From the NCBI GenBank assembly GCA_035369865.1, contig DAOOVG010000001.1, forward strand, positions 2,519-66,518: a stretch of 64,000 nucleotides of DNA, given 5' to 3'. Position 1 is the stretch's first letter, and every line of letters begins with the position of its first letter. The notes beneath the pieces are model-generated. The model saw only the letters and a list, made by a program, of their open reading frames with translations. It searched no databases and had not been told where the DNA came from. Shown piece after piece: positions 1-8,657 of the stretch. The translations under genes and the position numbers were made by a program. The DNA is from Paludibacteraceae bacterium. Lineage in GTDB: Bacteria > Bacteroidota > Bacteroidia > Bacteroidales > Paludibacteraceae.

Positions 1-441
1 ATGAAAATTCAAATGAGGCTGATAGACAAATCCAACTTTTTCAAAATAAGGGCGATGTTCGCTATAATCGTTGAAATTTCTGCATTCAATATAAATAGCT
101 TTTTTACAAAGTTCTTTTTTCAGAAATTCGAGCAATGCTGTTATCGAGTCAGGTTCAATATCCTTGTCCAGTAAAATTCCGCCAGGAATAATAGCCCGTC
201 TGCTAAAAAACTGTTTCAATTTTCTCCCTTCAGCCTGCACATATCCACAAGCAATTCCTTTTAACTTTCCATCTTCTGCTACTCCATACAAAAAAGGCTT
301 TAGAAAAGTCAGGGATGCGTAAAACTGATAACACTCCGGCGTTTGGAAAAAGGAAGCAACCGGAGAATTTTCTATTAATAATTTCCACTGATCCAAAGGT
401 ATCTCTTTCTCACCATTCAACAAAAATACTTTATTCTTCAT
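1..441 (-). CDS. FemAB-like / GNAT-fold acyltransferase, N-terminal part only (gene runs off the left edge)
   Basis: Absent from the ORF track because it is open at the window edge. The reverse-strand ATG at 439-441 gives MKNKVFLLNGEKEIPLDQWKLLIENSPVASFFQTPECYQFY... It has an ATGA start/stop overlap with the upstream amidotransferase gene. The family assignment is from memory of sugar-modification loci. Confidence 0.45.
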   Translation of the reverse strand, partial: MKNKVFLLNGEKEIPLDQWKLLIENSPVASFFQTPECYQFYASLTFLKPFLYGVAEDGKLKGIACGYVQAEGRKLKQFFSRRAIIPGGILLDKDIEPDSITALLEFLKKELCKKAIYIECRNFNDYSEHRPYFEKVGFVYQPHLNFH

Positions 442-1592
442 TTACCAATGATTTCTTCTTTGAACAATGATTGAGGTTTGTGTAGGAATATTTTGTTAAT
501 GAACCATGAATATATAGAATGATATTTACTGAATAAATTATCGTATGAGGGATAATCTCTGTAATTCTTGTTTGGTTGTTCAAACCACGTTGTAAAATCA
601 TTTTCAAAAATATCCAGTTTTTTACACAAATAATTGATCATTTCATCTTTTTCATCAGGATTGTACGGCAAAGAATTTATTTCAGCTATTGCTTTTTCTC
701 TTGATATTTCTCCGCTCATAACCTGAGCCGAAAGGGTTATTTTTCTTTTATCGATACCAAATTTTTCATACAGCCAATAGGACATAGCGAAGCGGGTAAA
801 AATATTTTCAAAATGATGTCCGCCATAATATTCCCAACCATAATGTTCTTTTAAAAATTGTTGGGCTTTGTTCTTATTGTAGTCAATGTAATAATAAGGA
901 TATAAATTATTTATTTTTTTAATAAACCCATAATAAAGTAAATGACCAATAGTATAATTTGGAAATGTTTTTAATTTAACTTTTCCATAGCGATGATGTA
1001 AGGCTTTCAGTTGTTTACCGTCGCCATACGTCCAATCCTTTGGTTGAGAACCTTCCGAACGAAAATCGTTACCGCGCAAAATATATTTTATTCCTTCTCT
1101 ATTGGCTATTTTATATAAAACTGATTTGATAGCCAAATCAGTTGGGGTGTCAATCCATGGCAGAGAAGCTTGCATATAACATATAATTAAATCTCTTACT
1201 TCATTGTAATCTATCACGTAAGTTTCCAAATCAATTTTCAATTGTTCTGTCATTCTGCGAATGTTTTTTACAGCTATATCGCTGTTAAAGCCATTATCGA
1301 GATTCACTGCCAGTACCCTAAGCCCCCATTGTGATGCCAAATGTAACAAATAACAACTATCTGTTCCACCACTAACACCAACAATACAGTCATATCGTTT
1401 TCGTTTTCCTGCTTTTTTTATATCTCCCAGAAATTTTTTCCAATCTTTTTGTCCTTTTTCTCCACGGGGATAAGCTTCGACTAATGCATCGAATAAATAA
1501 GCGTAATTGGATTTTCCGGTAGCATCAAACTGAATATCAGGAATGCTTTGATCAAAAACTCCTATTCGACAAACCTCTCCACTAAATGGCAT
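438..1592 (-). CDS. N-acetyl sugar amidotransferase (PP-loop ATP pyrophosphatase family, LPS/capsule sugar modification)
   Basis: 384-aa ORF with PP-loop motif VGVSGGTDSCYLLH. The N-terminal CRIGVFDQSIPDIQFD region is typical of the WbuX-type amidotransferase family. Confidence 0.75.
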   Translation of the reverse strand: MPFSGEVCRIGVFDQSIPDIQFDATGKSNYAYLFDALVEAYPRGEKGQKDWKKFLGDIKKAGKRKRYDCIVGVSGGTDSCYLLHLASQWGLRVLAVNLDNGFNSDIAVKNIRRMTEQLKIDLETYVIDYNEVRDLIICYMQASLPWIDTPTDLAIKSVLYKIANREGIKYILRGNDFRSEGSQPKDWTYGDGKQLKALHHRYGKVKLKTFPNYTIGHLLYYGFIKKINNLYPYYYIDYNKNKAQQFLKEHYGWEYYGGHHFENIFTRFAMSYWLYEKFGIDKRKITLSAQVMSGEISREKAIAEINSLPYNPDEKDEMINYLCKKLDIFENDFTTWFEQPNKNYRDYPSYDNLFSKYHSIYSWFINKIFLHKPQSLFKEEIIGK

Positions 1593-1780
1593 AATTATTT
1601 AAGTTTAAAATTGTTTTCAATCATTACTGTCCCATGTTCCGTATGATAATATTGTTATCTATCAAAGAAATCAGCGCCCGAAAAACTGATTGTCCAAAAA
1701 AATATGTATTTTTGTCCATCGTTGTGTTTATGTCATAAATATTTATTTTATAGAAAATACAAATCTACAAAAAACTCTAC

Positions 1781-1807
1781 GGAGGGCAAACTTAAAAATT
1801 GCCCTCC
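1781..1807 (-). terminator. Hairpin terminator downstream of the first beta-helix gene (T-runs on both sides, possibly bidirectional)
   Basis: GGAGGGCAA-9 nt-TTGCCCTCC forms a 9-bp stem. It is followed by TTTTTTATTTTT on the plus strand and by GTAGAGTTTTTT on the minus strand, ~40 nt after the stop at 1849. Confidence 0.5.
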
Positions 1808-1840
1808 TTTTTTATTTTTATCGGACAAGAATAATTTCAA

Positions 1841-2064
1841 AAAATAATCTATCTTACAAGCATCTTAAATCGTTGATTATCAATTTTTATTATTACCACA
1901 TTAGAATGAATTCCATTCAAAGGAATAAAACTTTGTTCTGCTATGATTGATTGGTACAGCAATTTACCCATCACATCATAAATTTCAACAGGACATTTTT
2001 TAGTTAATCCTTCTACCATAATTCCCTGACCCGTGTAATATACTTTGAGTGATTGATTTTTCGG
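1841..2064. repeat. Near-identical repeat copy 1 (3' end and CTD-coding part of the 1849-3333 gene plus ~10 nt past the stop)
   Basis: My manual alignment to 3431-3654 (offset 1590) shows 5 mismatches in 224 nt. Confidence 0.85.
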
Positions 2065-3333
2065 ATTGGATACCCCTGATATTTCTTTGTATTCAACAGC
2101 ACCAATAGCAGGAGGAGTAGGACGAGTATCTCCTACTTGATCATCGGTTGGTATCGTATAACCTGTTAAAGTAGAAGTACCTGCACCTATAGCGATGCTA
2201 CTTTGAGAAATAGGAACTATAGGGAATCCCTTATAAGTAACATGTTGAGGACGTTTTTTATCGGTACCAAAAGTTTCGAGTTCACCCATAAATATATTGG
2301 CAGTTGCCGGATTATCCACCTTAATGCAATGTTTGTCTGCAAAATTTATGGTTGCTGATGCTTCGGAATAGATAACATAATTTGGATCAACCAAAACGCT
2401 TCCTGTAGCTCCTTCATTTTTTGTTTCTACTAGATCAGAATAAGCATCTCCGGCTACATTTATATTATTCACAACCAAGGAATTAACCAAATAAACATTG
2501 GCAGAACCATTCGAGTTGACAAAAGCAGTTACAGCTCCATCTCCTTGATTACCAGTGAAAGTACAATTAATGGCAGTTAAATTTGCTGTATAATTGTTAC
2601 TGCTTTGCACTGAACACAAAATAGCTCCACCGGTTTGTGCAGAAATATTGTTAGCAAAAGTGGAATTAATAATTGTCACATTACAAGGGTCAGCTACTGT
2701 CGCTCTTGCTACAATAGCACCTCCTCCTGTATTAGTTGTGTTAGTACAACTATTGCCAATAAAACTGCATTTTTCAATGGTTACAGCAGCAGCATTATAA
2801 ATACACAGGGCTCCACCGCCATAACCTCCATTTGATGTATTTCCTTCGAAAATAGAATTTTTAATGGTAGCCACCCCTTGAATACGAGCTGCACCTCCAT
2901 TGTTGTTTTGAGCTGTGATGTTTTTAAAAACACAATCCTCAATATTCAACCTACTGCCATTAGGTGCCTTAATAGCAGTATTGCCAGCAATACCGGTTCC
3001 ATCAAATACAAGATTATTCAAATTAATTACAAGACTCCCAGATATATTAAAAACAGATAAACCTGCAGCAGCCTTTAAGATTACTTTCTCACTGGTAGCA
3101 GCATTAATCCCATTAATAGTTATACTTTCCTCTAAAGAGATTTGAGTACTTGTCAAATTTACTGTGTCTCCTGCAAAGTTAAAATTAATGATATCGCCCG
3201 CAGAGGCATCAGCAACAGCTTTTCGTAATGAACCATCTCCTGAATCATTTCCATTGGTTACCGTAATGGTTTTTGCTGATAGCATGGAACTAAAAGACAA
3301 AACCAATAATAAAAGTACATGTTTTGTTTTCAT
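1849..3333 (-). CDS. Secreted right-handed beta-helix protein with Pmp-type (FxxN / GGAI) repeats and T9SS C-terminal sorting domain
   Basis: 494 aa with signal peptide [20 protein letters not shown]. It has repeated FxxN...GGA(I/L/V) units ([24 protein letters not shown]...[23 protein letters not shown]). The C-terminal ~70 aa is beta-rich and ends in [12 protein letters not shown], typical of Por/T9SS CTDs. Confidence 0.75.
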   Translation of the reverse strand: MKTKHVLLLLVLSFSSMLSAKTITVTNGNDSGDGSLRKAVADASAGDIINFNFAGDTVNLTSTQISLEESITINGINAATSEKVILKAAAGLSVFNISGSLVINLNNLVFDGTGIAGNTAIKAPNGSRLNIEDCVFKNITAQNNNGGAARIQGVATIKNSIFEGNTSNGGYGGGALCIYNAAAVTIEKCSFIGNSCTNTTNTGGGAIVARATVADPCNVTIINSTFANNISAQTGGAILCSVQSSNNYTANLTAINCTFTGNQGDGAVTAFVNSNGSANVYLVNSLVVNNINVAGDAYSDLVETKNEGATGSVLVDPNYVIYSEASATINFADKHCIKVDNPATANIFMGELETFGTDKKRPQHVTYKGFPIVPISQSSIAIGAGTSTLTGYTIPTDDQVGDTRPTPPAIGAVEYKEISGVSNPKNQSLKVYYTGQGIMVEGLTKKCPVEIYDVMGKLLYQSIIAEQSFIPLNGIHSNVVIIKIDNQRFKMLVR

Positions 3334-3363
3334 AATGATTAAATTTTAAATGTTAATAAAATG
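3251..3363. repeat. Near-identical repeat copy 1 (signal-peptide coding region plus ~30 nt of upstream leader of the 1849-3333 gene)
   Basis: Manual alignment to 7186-7298 shows about 3 mismatches in ~112 nt, spanning the start codon. Confidence 0.8.
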
Positions 3364-3430
3364 TTAATATAAAAAATCACACATAATCCACTAAAAAATG
3401 AAATTTTCATTAATCTATTGATTTTCAAAA

Positions 3431-3654
3431 AAAATAATCTATCTTACAAGTATCTTAAATCGTTGATTATCAATTTTTATTATTACCACATTAGAATAAA
3501 TTCCATTCAAAGGAATAAAACTTTGTTCTGCTATGATTGATTGGTACAGCAATTTACCCATCACATCATAAATTTCAACCGAACATTTTTTAGTTAATCC
3601 TTCTACCATAATTCCCTGACCCGTGTAATATACTTTAAGTGATTGATTTTTTGG
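3431..3654. repeat. Near-identical repeat copy 2 (3' end and CTD-coding part of the 3439-5622 gene)
   Basis: See 1841-2064. Confidence 0.85.
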
Positions 3655-5622
3655 CAGGATATTGTCTGTAATCTCCATATATTCTACCGCACCTATTGAA
3701 GGTGGTATTGGTCTAACATTTCCTACCTGATCATTCGTTGGGATAGTATATCCTATTAAAGTGGCCGTACCTGCACCCCTGGCAATACTACTCGAAGAAA
3801 TGGGAACAATAGGGAATCCATTATAAGTAACATATTGAGGACGTTTTTTATCACTAACAAAAATTTCAAGCGAATCAAATATATTGCTTTCTTCAATATT
3901 TTGAGGTACAATAGATGTTGCATCAATGTATGTGTTATAATTGGTGTTACCGAAAATGCAATTTTTAGCCATTATCATCACTCTTACATTATTGTTCCAA
4001 TTATGTACATCATTATAAGATGGTGTTGTGCCTTTAATATTATACGCTAATATTGAATTAATTAAATTGAGATAAATTTTTTTCTGATCGGTCCTGCCAT
4101 AAGCACAAATACCACCCCCATCGTTAAGAGCATGGTTCCCTGTAATGGTTGAATTAACTATGGTACAGTCAATAGTTTCTTCTACCGTATTATTGTCAGG
4201 ACAAGCACAATAAATAGCACCTCCCCTTCTGTCAGTCCCATCAAATGAAGCTTCATTATTAGCAAAAGTACAGTTGGTAATGGTAATATCCGCTCCTTTA
4301 AAAACAGAAATAGCACCTCCACGAATCGACTTATTGTTAACAAAGGAAGTTGATTCTATCTCCACATTAGCACCTTCGTTATAAGCACAAATAGCTCCAC
4401 CGCCGTATGTTCCACCGGCAGCATTGGCATTGAACACGGAATTATTAATGTAACAATTACCATTGCTTATTCTAATGGCTCCTCCATTATCACCGCCAGC
4501 TTGATTGTTTATAAATTCACAATTTTCAATGGTTAAAGTTCCAGAAGAGGTAATGGAAGAAGTTGTTTTGTCTTTAATAATCAGATTCTTTAAAATTAAA
4601 TTTCCCGCATTATCAAATGAACGTATTGTTCCATCTAAAATAACTTTTTGTTGATTATGTAAATTTAATCCATCAACAGTCAGTATTTTTCCTTCAGGAA
4701 TACTTAAAATATTAGAAAGAGTGATTTCAGCTCCATCAAAATTAAATTTTATGGTATCACCATTTAAGGCATTTTGCATACACCAAGGCAACGAACCTGC
4801 TACCGTTGCATCATTACTATTGGAAGTGACCAGCAAGGTTCGTGAATCAGGTTGAGTTAGTTCAACTTTAACATAATAAGGTAAATGATCTGAAGCATCC
4901 GGAAAAGAAATCCCCGAGGGTGGAGTAGAGATTCCCCTATCTATGATCGTATATCTTACATCGGAAGGATTTTTCCTGAATCCAAGAATCATATCAATCA
5001 AAGAAGTTGGATTATCACTTGGGTAAGTTAAATGATTAAGATCATTTAAAATTTCAAAACCATTTTCTTGAAAAGTAAGCATACAACGATAATTTGGAGC
5101 CGCATTAAAATCCCCTCCTATAAATACTGTTTTCCCCAACGTGTTGGCAACCCGAATAATTCTTGCAGTCATGGTATCTCTATCAATGGCATCAAGAGCA
5201 AAATGAGTAGAAATAAAACAAAAATTATTAAATTCTGCTACCATAAAGGCTCGATCTTCCGAATCATTTGAGCCTTCCCTGTGAAGTACTTTATAATTAG
5301 TGATGGTAGGAGTTCCAAGAGAAGATTTCCATAAAATGCCAATTCCATAGCCATATAAAGGATAATTTCCTATGTCGTACCATGCTCCTTCCATGCCGGT
5401 TTGGGACTTTAAGTTATTGAAATTGGAATTTCCACAAACTTCTTGTACGGCAACTACATCTGCGTCCGAAGCCGAAATAATTTGTGCCAGCTTGGAAATC
5501 CGAGAAGACTGAAAATTCAATCCAGTGTTTGTCAACAAATTATACGTCATGAAAGTAATTTGCTCCGCTTGTATAGTAATTGCTGTAAAAAAAACAACAA
5601 GAGCTAAAAAAAACTTTTTCAT
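3439..5622 (-). CDS. Fusion protein: N-terminal EEP (endonuclease/exonuclease/phosphatase) domain + Pmp-repeat beta-helix + T9SS C-terminal domain
   Basis: 727 aa with a signal peptide. EEP motifs are ITFMTYNL, VVAVQEV, GGDFNA and SDHLPYYV within the first ~260 aa. FxxN/GGAI repeats follow (FINNQAGGDNGGAIRI, FNANAAGGTYGGGAICAY). The CTD is almost identical to that of the 1849-3333 gene. Confidence 0.75.
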   Translation of the reverse strand: MKKFFLALVVFFTAITIQAEQITFMTYNLLTNTGLNFQSSRISKLAQIISASDADVVAVQEVCGNSNFNNLKSQTGMEGAWYDIGNYPLYGYGIGILWKSSLGTPTITNYKVLHREGSNDSEDRAFMVAEFNNFCFISTHFALDAIDRDTMTARIIRVANTLGKTVFIGGDFNAAPNYRCMLTFQENGFEILNDLNHLTYPSDNPTSLIDMILGFRKNPSDVRYTIIDRGISTPPSGISFPDASDHLPYYVKVELTQPDSRTLLVTSNSNDATVAGSLPWCMQNALNGDTIKFNFDGAEITLSNILSIPEGKILTVDGLNLHNQQKVILDGTIRSFDNAGNLILKNLIIKDKTTSSITSSGTLTIENCEFINNQAGGDNGGAIRISNGNCYINNSVFNANAAGGTYGGGAICAYNEGANVEIESTSFVNNKSIRGGAISVFKGADITITNCTFANNEASFDGTDRRGGAIYCACPDNNTVEETIDCTIVNSTITGNHALNDGGGICAYGRTDQKKIYLNLINSILAYNIKGTTPSYNDVHNWNNNVRVMIMAKNCIFGNTNYNTYIDATSIVPQNIEESNIFDSLEIFVSDKKRPQYVTYNGFPIVPISSSSIARGAGTATLIGYTIPTNDQVGNVRPIPPSIGAVEYMEITDNILPKNQSLKVYYTGQGIMVEGLTKKCSVEIYDVMGKLLYQSIIAEQSFIPLNGIYSNVVIIKIDNQRFKILVR

Positions 5623-5774
5623 CTTGATTGTATTGATAAATAATGAATATTTTATGTGAAAATATCAAAAAGGTAACACAATCTAATTATTTCCAAAAAT
5701 AAAATCATTCTAATCAAAACATCAAATTGTGTTACCTGAATTATCAGAATCTACTAAAAAATATCAATTAATTT

Positions 5775-7268
5775 TTATTTTAGTAAAACCTTTTGGCTGT
5801 GATTTCCTGCTTTCACAATGAAAACATTTCCGGGAATGTTTTCCAAAGAAACAGTTTCATCATTTGAAATCGTAGATTGATAGACCAATTTACCTACCAC
5901 ATTATAAACAGCTATATTGCTTCTGTCAGATAAACCTGTTATGGTTAACATCCTATCCCTTACCAGCACTTTGAAAGGAGATACCGTATTTTCCTTATTA
6001 AGAGTAAATATTTTGTATTCAATAGCACCAATAGCAGGAGTAGTGGGACGAGTATCTCCTACTTGATCATCCGTTGGGATAGTATACCCTGTTAAAGTGG
6101 CCGTACCTGCACCTCTGGCAATACTACTCGAAGAAATGGGAACAATAGGGAATCCATTATAAGTAACATATTGAGGACGTTTTTTATCGGTACCAAAAGT
6201 TTCGAGTTCACCCATAAATATATTGGCAGTTGCCGGATCATCCACCTTAATGCAATGTTTGTCTGCAAAATTTATGGTTTCTGAAGCTTGGGAATAGATA
6301 ACATAATTTGGATCAATCAAAACACTTCCTGTAGCTGTTCCACTTTTTGTTTCTACCAGATCAGAATAAGCATCTCCGGTTACATTTATGTTATTCACAA
6401 CCAAAGAATTAACTAAATAAACATTGGCAGAACCTTTCGAGGTAACATAAGCAGTTACAGCTCCATTTCCTTGATTACCCGTAAAGGTACAATTGATGGC
6501 AGTCAAATTTGTTGTAAATTCACTACTGCTTTGCACAGTACATAAAACAGCTCCACCGGTTTGTGCAGAAGTATTGTTAGCAAAAGTGGAATTAATAATT
6601 TTAACTTTGCAGGGAGTGGCTACTGTCGCTCTTGCTACAATAGCTCCTCCTCCATTTGTACCATTAGTTGTACAATTGTTATTAATAAAACTGCATTTTT
6701 CAATGGTTACATCAGCAGCATTATAGATACACAATGCTCCTCCACCATAGCTACCATTTGATTTATTTCCATCGAAAATAGAATTTTTAATGGTAGCCAC
6801 CCCTTGAATACGAGCTGCGCCTCCATTGTTATTTTGAGCTGTGATGTTCTTAAAAATACAATTCTCAATATTCAAAGTAGAACCATTAGCAGCTTTGATC
6901 GCAGTATTGCCTGCGATACTGGTTCCATCAAAAACGAGATTTGTTAAATTTATAGAATAACCTGTAGGTATGTCAAAAAATGATAGGTTTGTAGCAGTTC
7001 TTAAAATTACTTTTTCACTGGTAGCAGCATTTATTCCATTAATAGTCAAGTTTTTGTTTAAAGAGATTTGAGCACTTGCTAAATTGACAGTATTTGCCGT
7101 ATCTCCAACAAAATTAAAATTGATAATGTCACCGGCTTGGGCATCGGCAATGGCTTGTCTTAATGAACCTGTTCCGGAGCTTTCCCCATTGGTTACCGTA
7201 ATGGTTTTTGCTGATAGCATGGAACTAAAAGACAAAACCAATAATAAAAGTAAATGTTTTGTTTTCAT
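5775..7268 (-). CDS. Secreted Pmp-repeat beta-helix protein with a T9SS C-terminal domain (paralogue of 1849-3333 with a different CTD)
   Basis: 497 aa. The N-terminus and repeat region are highly similar to the 1849-3333 product. The distinct C-terminal ~75 aa (...NIAVYNVVGKLVYQS...FIVKAGNHSQKVLLK) is also CTD-like. Confidence 0.75.
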   Translation of the reverse strand: MKTKHLLLLLVLSFSSMLSAKTITVTNGESSGTGSLRQAIADAQAGDIINFNFVGDTANTVNLASAQISLNKNLTINGINAATSEKVILRTATNLSFFDIPTGYSINLTNLVFDGTSIAGNTAIKAANGSTLNIENCIFKNITAQNNNGGAARIQGVATIKNSIFDGNKSNGSYGGGALCIYNAADVTIEKCSFINNNCTTNGTNGGGAIVARATVATPCKVKIINSTFANNTSAQTGGAVLCTVQSSSEFTTNLTAINCTFTGNQGNGAVTAYVTSKGSANVYLVNSLVVNNINVTGDAYSDLVETKSGTATGSVLIDPNYVIYSQASETINFADKHCIKVDDPATANIFMGELETFGTDKKRPQYVTYNGFPIVPISSSSIARGAGTATLTGYTIPTDDQVGDTRPTTPAIGAIEYKIFTLNKENTVSPFKVLVRDRMLTITGLSDRSNIAVYNVVGKLVYQSTISNDETVSLENIPGNVFIVKAGNHSQKVLLK

Positions 7269-7298
7269 AATAATTTAATTTTAAATGTTAATAAAAAG
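7186..7298. repeat. Near-identical repeat copy 2 (signal-peptide region plus leader of the 5775-7268 gene)
   Basis: See 3251-3363. Confidence 0.8.
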
Positions 7299-7333
7299 AT
7301 TGGTAGATTCAGATAAATATTTTTTTAATAAAG

Positions 7334-8653
7334 TTATTCAATAATGGCTATTATCATATCCATCACATTGGTTTTCGTAGAACCCGTAATCAGATGTCCA
7401 CCTACTTGTTTGAAAAAATGATAAGCATCCGATTTTTTTAAATAATCCATTGGAAGAATGTGTTTTTCTTTAGCAGTTTGAATAGTGCTGGCATCCACTA
7501 TGGCACCGGCAGCATCGGTTGGTCCGTCGGTTCCATCCGTTCCTCCACAAAGAATAGTAATGCCCGGCATGTTTTCCAATTTGGTGGCCAGATATAAAGC
7601 CAAATGTTGATTCCGACCGCCCAAACCGTCACCGGTAACTTTTACTATTGGTTCACCTCCAAAAAGAAAGCAAATAGGTGTTTTATGGCTCTTTTCCTTG
7701 AATTTTTCAATGGTACTTAAAATAAAATTGGCTGTTTCTTCTATATTGCTTTGCAAATTGTCGGTAATGACATGAGCTTGATAACCTAATTCTTTAGCTT
7801 TGCGACCGGCAGCTTCCAATGCCATTTTATTGTTTCCTATGATTATATTATAAACTTTTGAAAAAATCGAATCGTCCGATTTGGGTGTTTCCGAGATTTC
7901 TCCGGCTATTCCTCTTTTTAAATATTGCACTACTGAAAGTGGAACTTTATTTATCAATTCGTATTTTTTTAATACTTCGTAAGCTTCGGAAAAAGTAGTG
8001 GGATCGGGGTAGGTGGGTCCAGAAGCTATCACATCCAATCGGTCACCGATTACGTCAGAAAGAATTAAACTAACGGTTTGGGCTGGATAAATTTCTTTTG
8101 CCAATTGTCCCCCTTTTAATTTTGAAATATGCTTACGTACCGTATTGATTTCCTGAATACTTGCTCCACTCTTTATTAAGAGGTCATTGGTTGTAATAAG
8201 GTCAGATAAACTTATTTCGTCAGGACAATCGGCCAACAATGCAGAAGCTCCCCCTGAAAATAGACAAATGACTAAATCATGAGAACCGGCCTGCTTGGCA
8301 ATGGTTAAAATACGTTGAGCTGCTTTCCGCCCATTTTCGTCAGGCAATGGATGACCCGCCTCGGTAATTTCAATTATATTTAAAGCACATTTGTGTTGAT
8401 ATTTTACAACTATGTGTCCGGCGCTTATATAATTTCCCAATATTGATTCAATTTCTTTTGCCATCAAAGCAGTTGCTTTTCCGGCACCTATCACAAAAAT
8501 ATTTTCAAAATCAGGAAGATAGAATGAATGATTTTGGATAGATAAAACATTATTACTCCATCTTACTTCCGATTTTATCAATTTATCGGGTAGTACACTT
8601 TCTATTCCCGATAAAAATATTTGCTTTATGTCCGTTTTCGGATTAATTTTCAT
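7334..8653 (-). CDS. Glycerate 2-kinase (DUF4147 + MOFRL family)
   Basis: Motifs GGEPIVKVTGDGLGGRNQHLAL and GGTDGTDGPTDAAGA. The likely start is the MKINPKTD ATG at 8653 (the ORF-track start at 8689 would overlap the upstream gene), 4 nt after the GntP stop. Confidence 0.8.
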   Translation of the reverse strand: MKINPKTDIKQIFLSGIESVLPDKLIKSEVRWSNNVLSIQNHSFYLPDFENIFVIGAGKATALMAKEIESILGNYISAGHIVVKYQHKCALNIIEITEAGHPLPDENGRKAAQRILTIAKQAGSHDLVICLFSGGASALLADCPDEISLSDLITTNDLLIKSGASIQEINTVRKHISKLKGGQLAKEIYPAQTVSLILSDVIGDRLDVIASGPTYPDPTTFSEAYEVLKKYELINKVPLSVVQYLKRGIAGEISETPKSDDSIFSKVYNIIIGNNKMALEAAGRKAKELGYQAHVITDNLQSNIEETANFILSTIEKFKEKSHKTPICFLFGGEPIVKVTGDGLGGRNQHLALYLATKLENMPGITILCGGTDGTDGPTDAAGAIVDASTIQTAKEKHILPMDYLKKSDAYHFFKQVGGHLITGSTKTNVMDMIIAIIE

Positions 8654-8657
8654 TTTA

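Noticed and set aside
2594-3349. Cluster of plus-strand ORFs (60-76 aa) antisense to the first beta-helix gene, with a similar set at 6493-7278
   Set aside because: They lie wholly inside strongly supported minus-strand genes. Their low-complexity translations are the expected by-product of the repetitive Gly/Asn/Ala-rich coding strand, and they have no independent signals.
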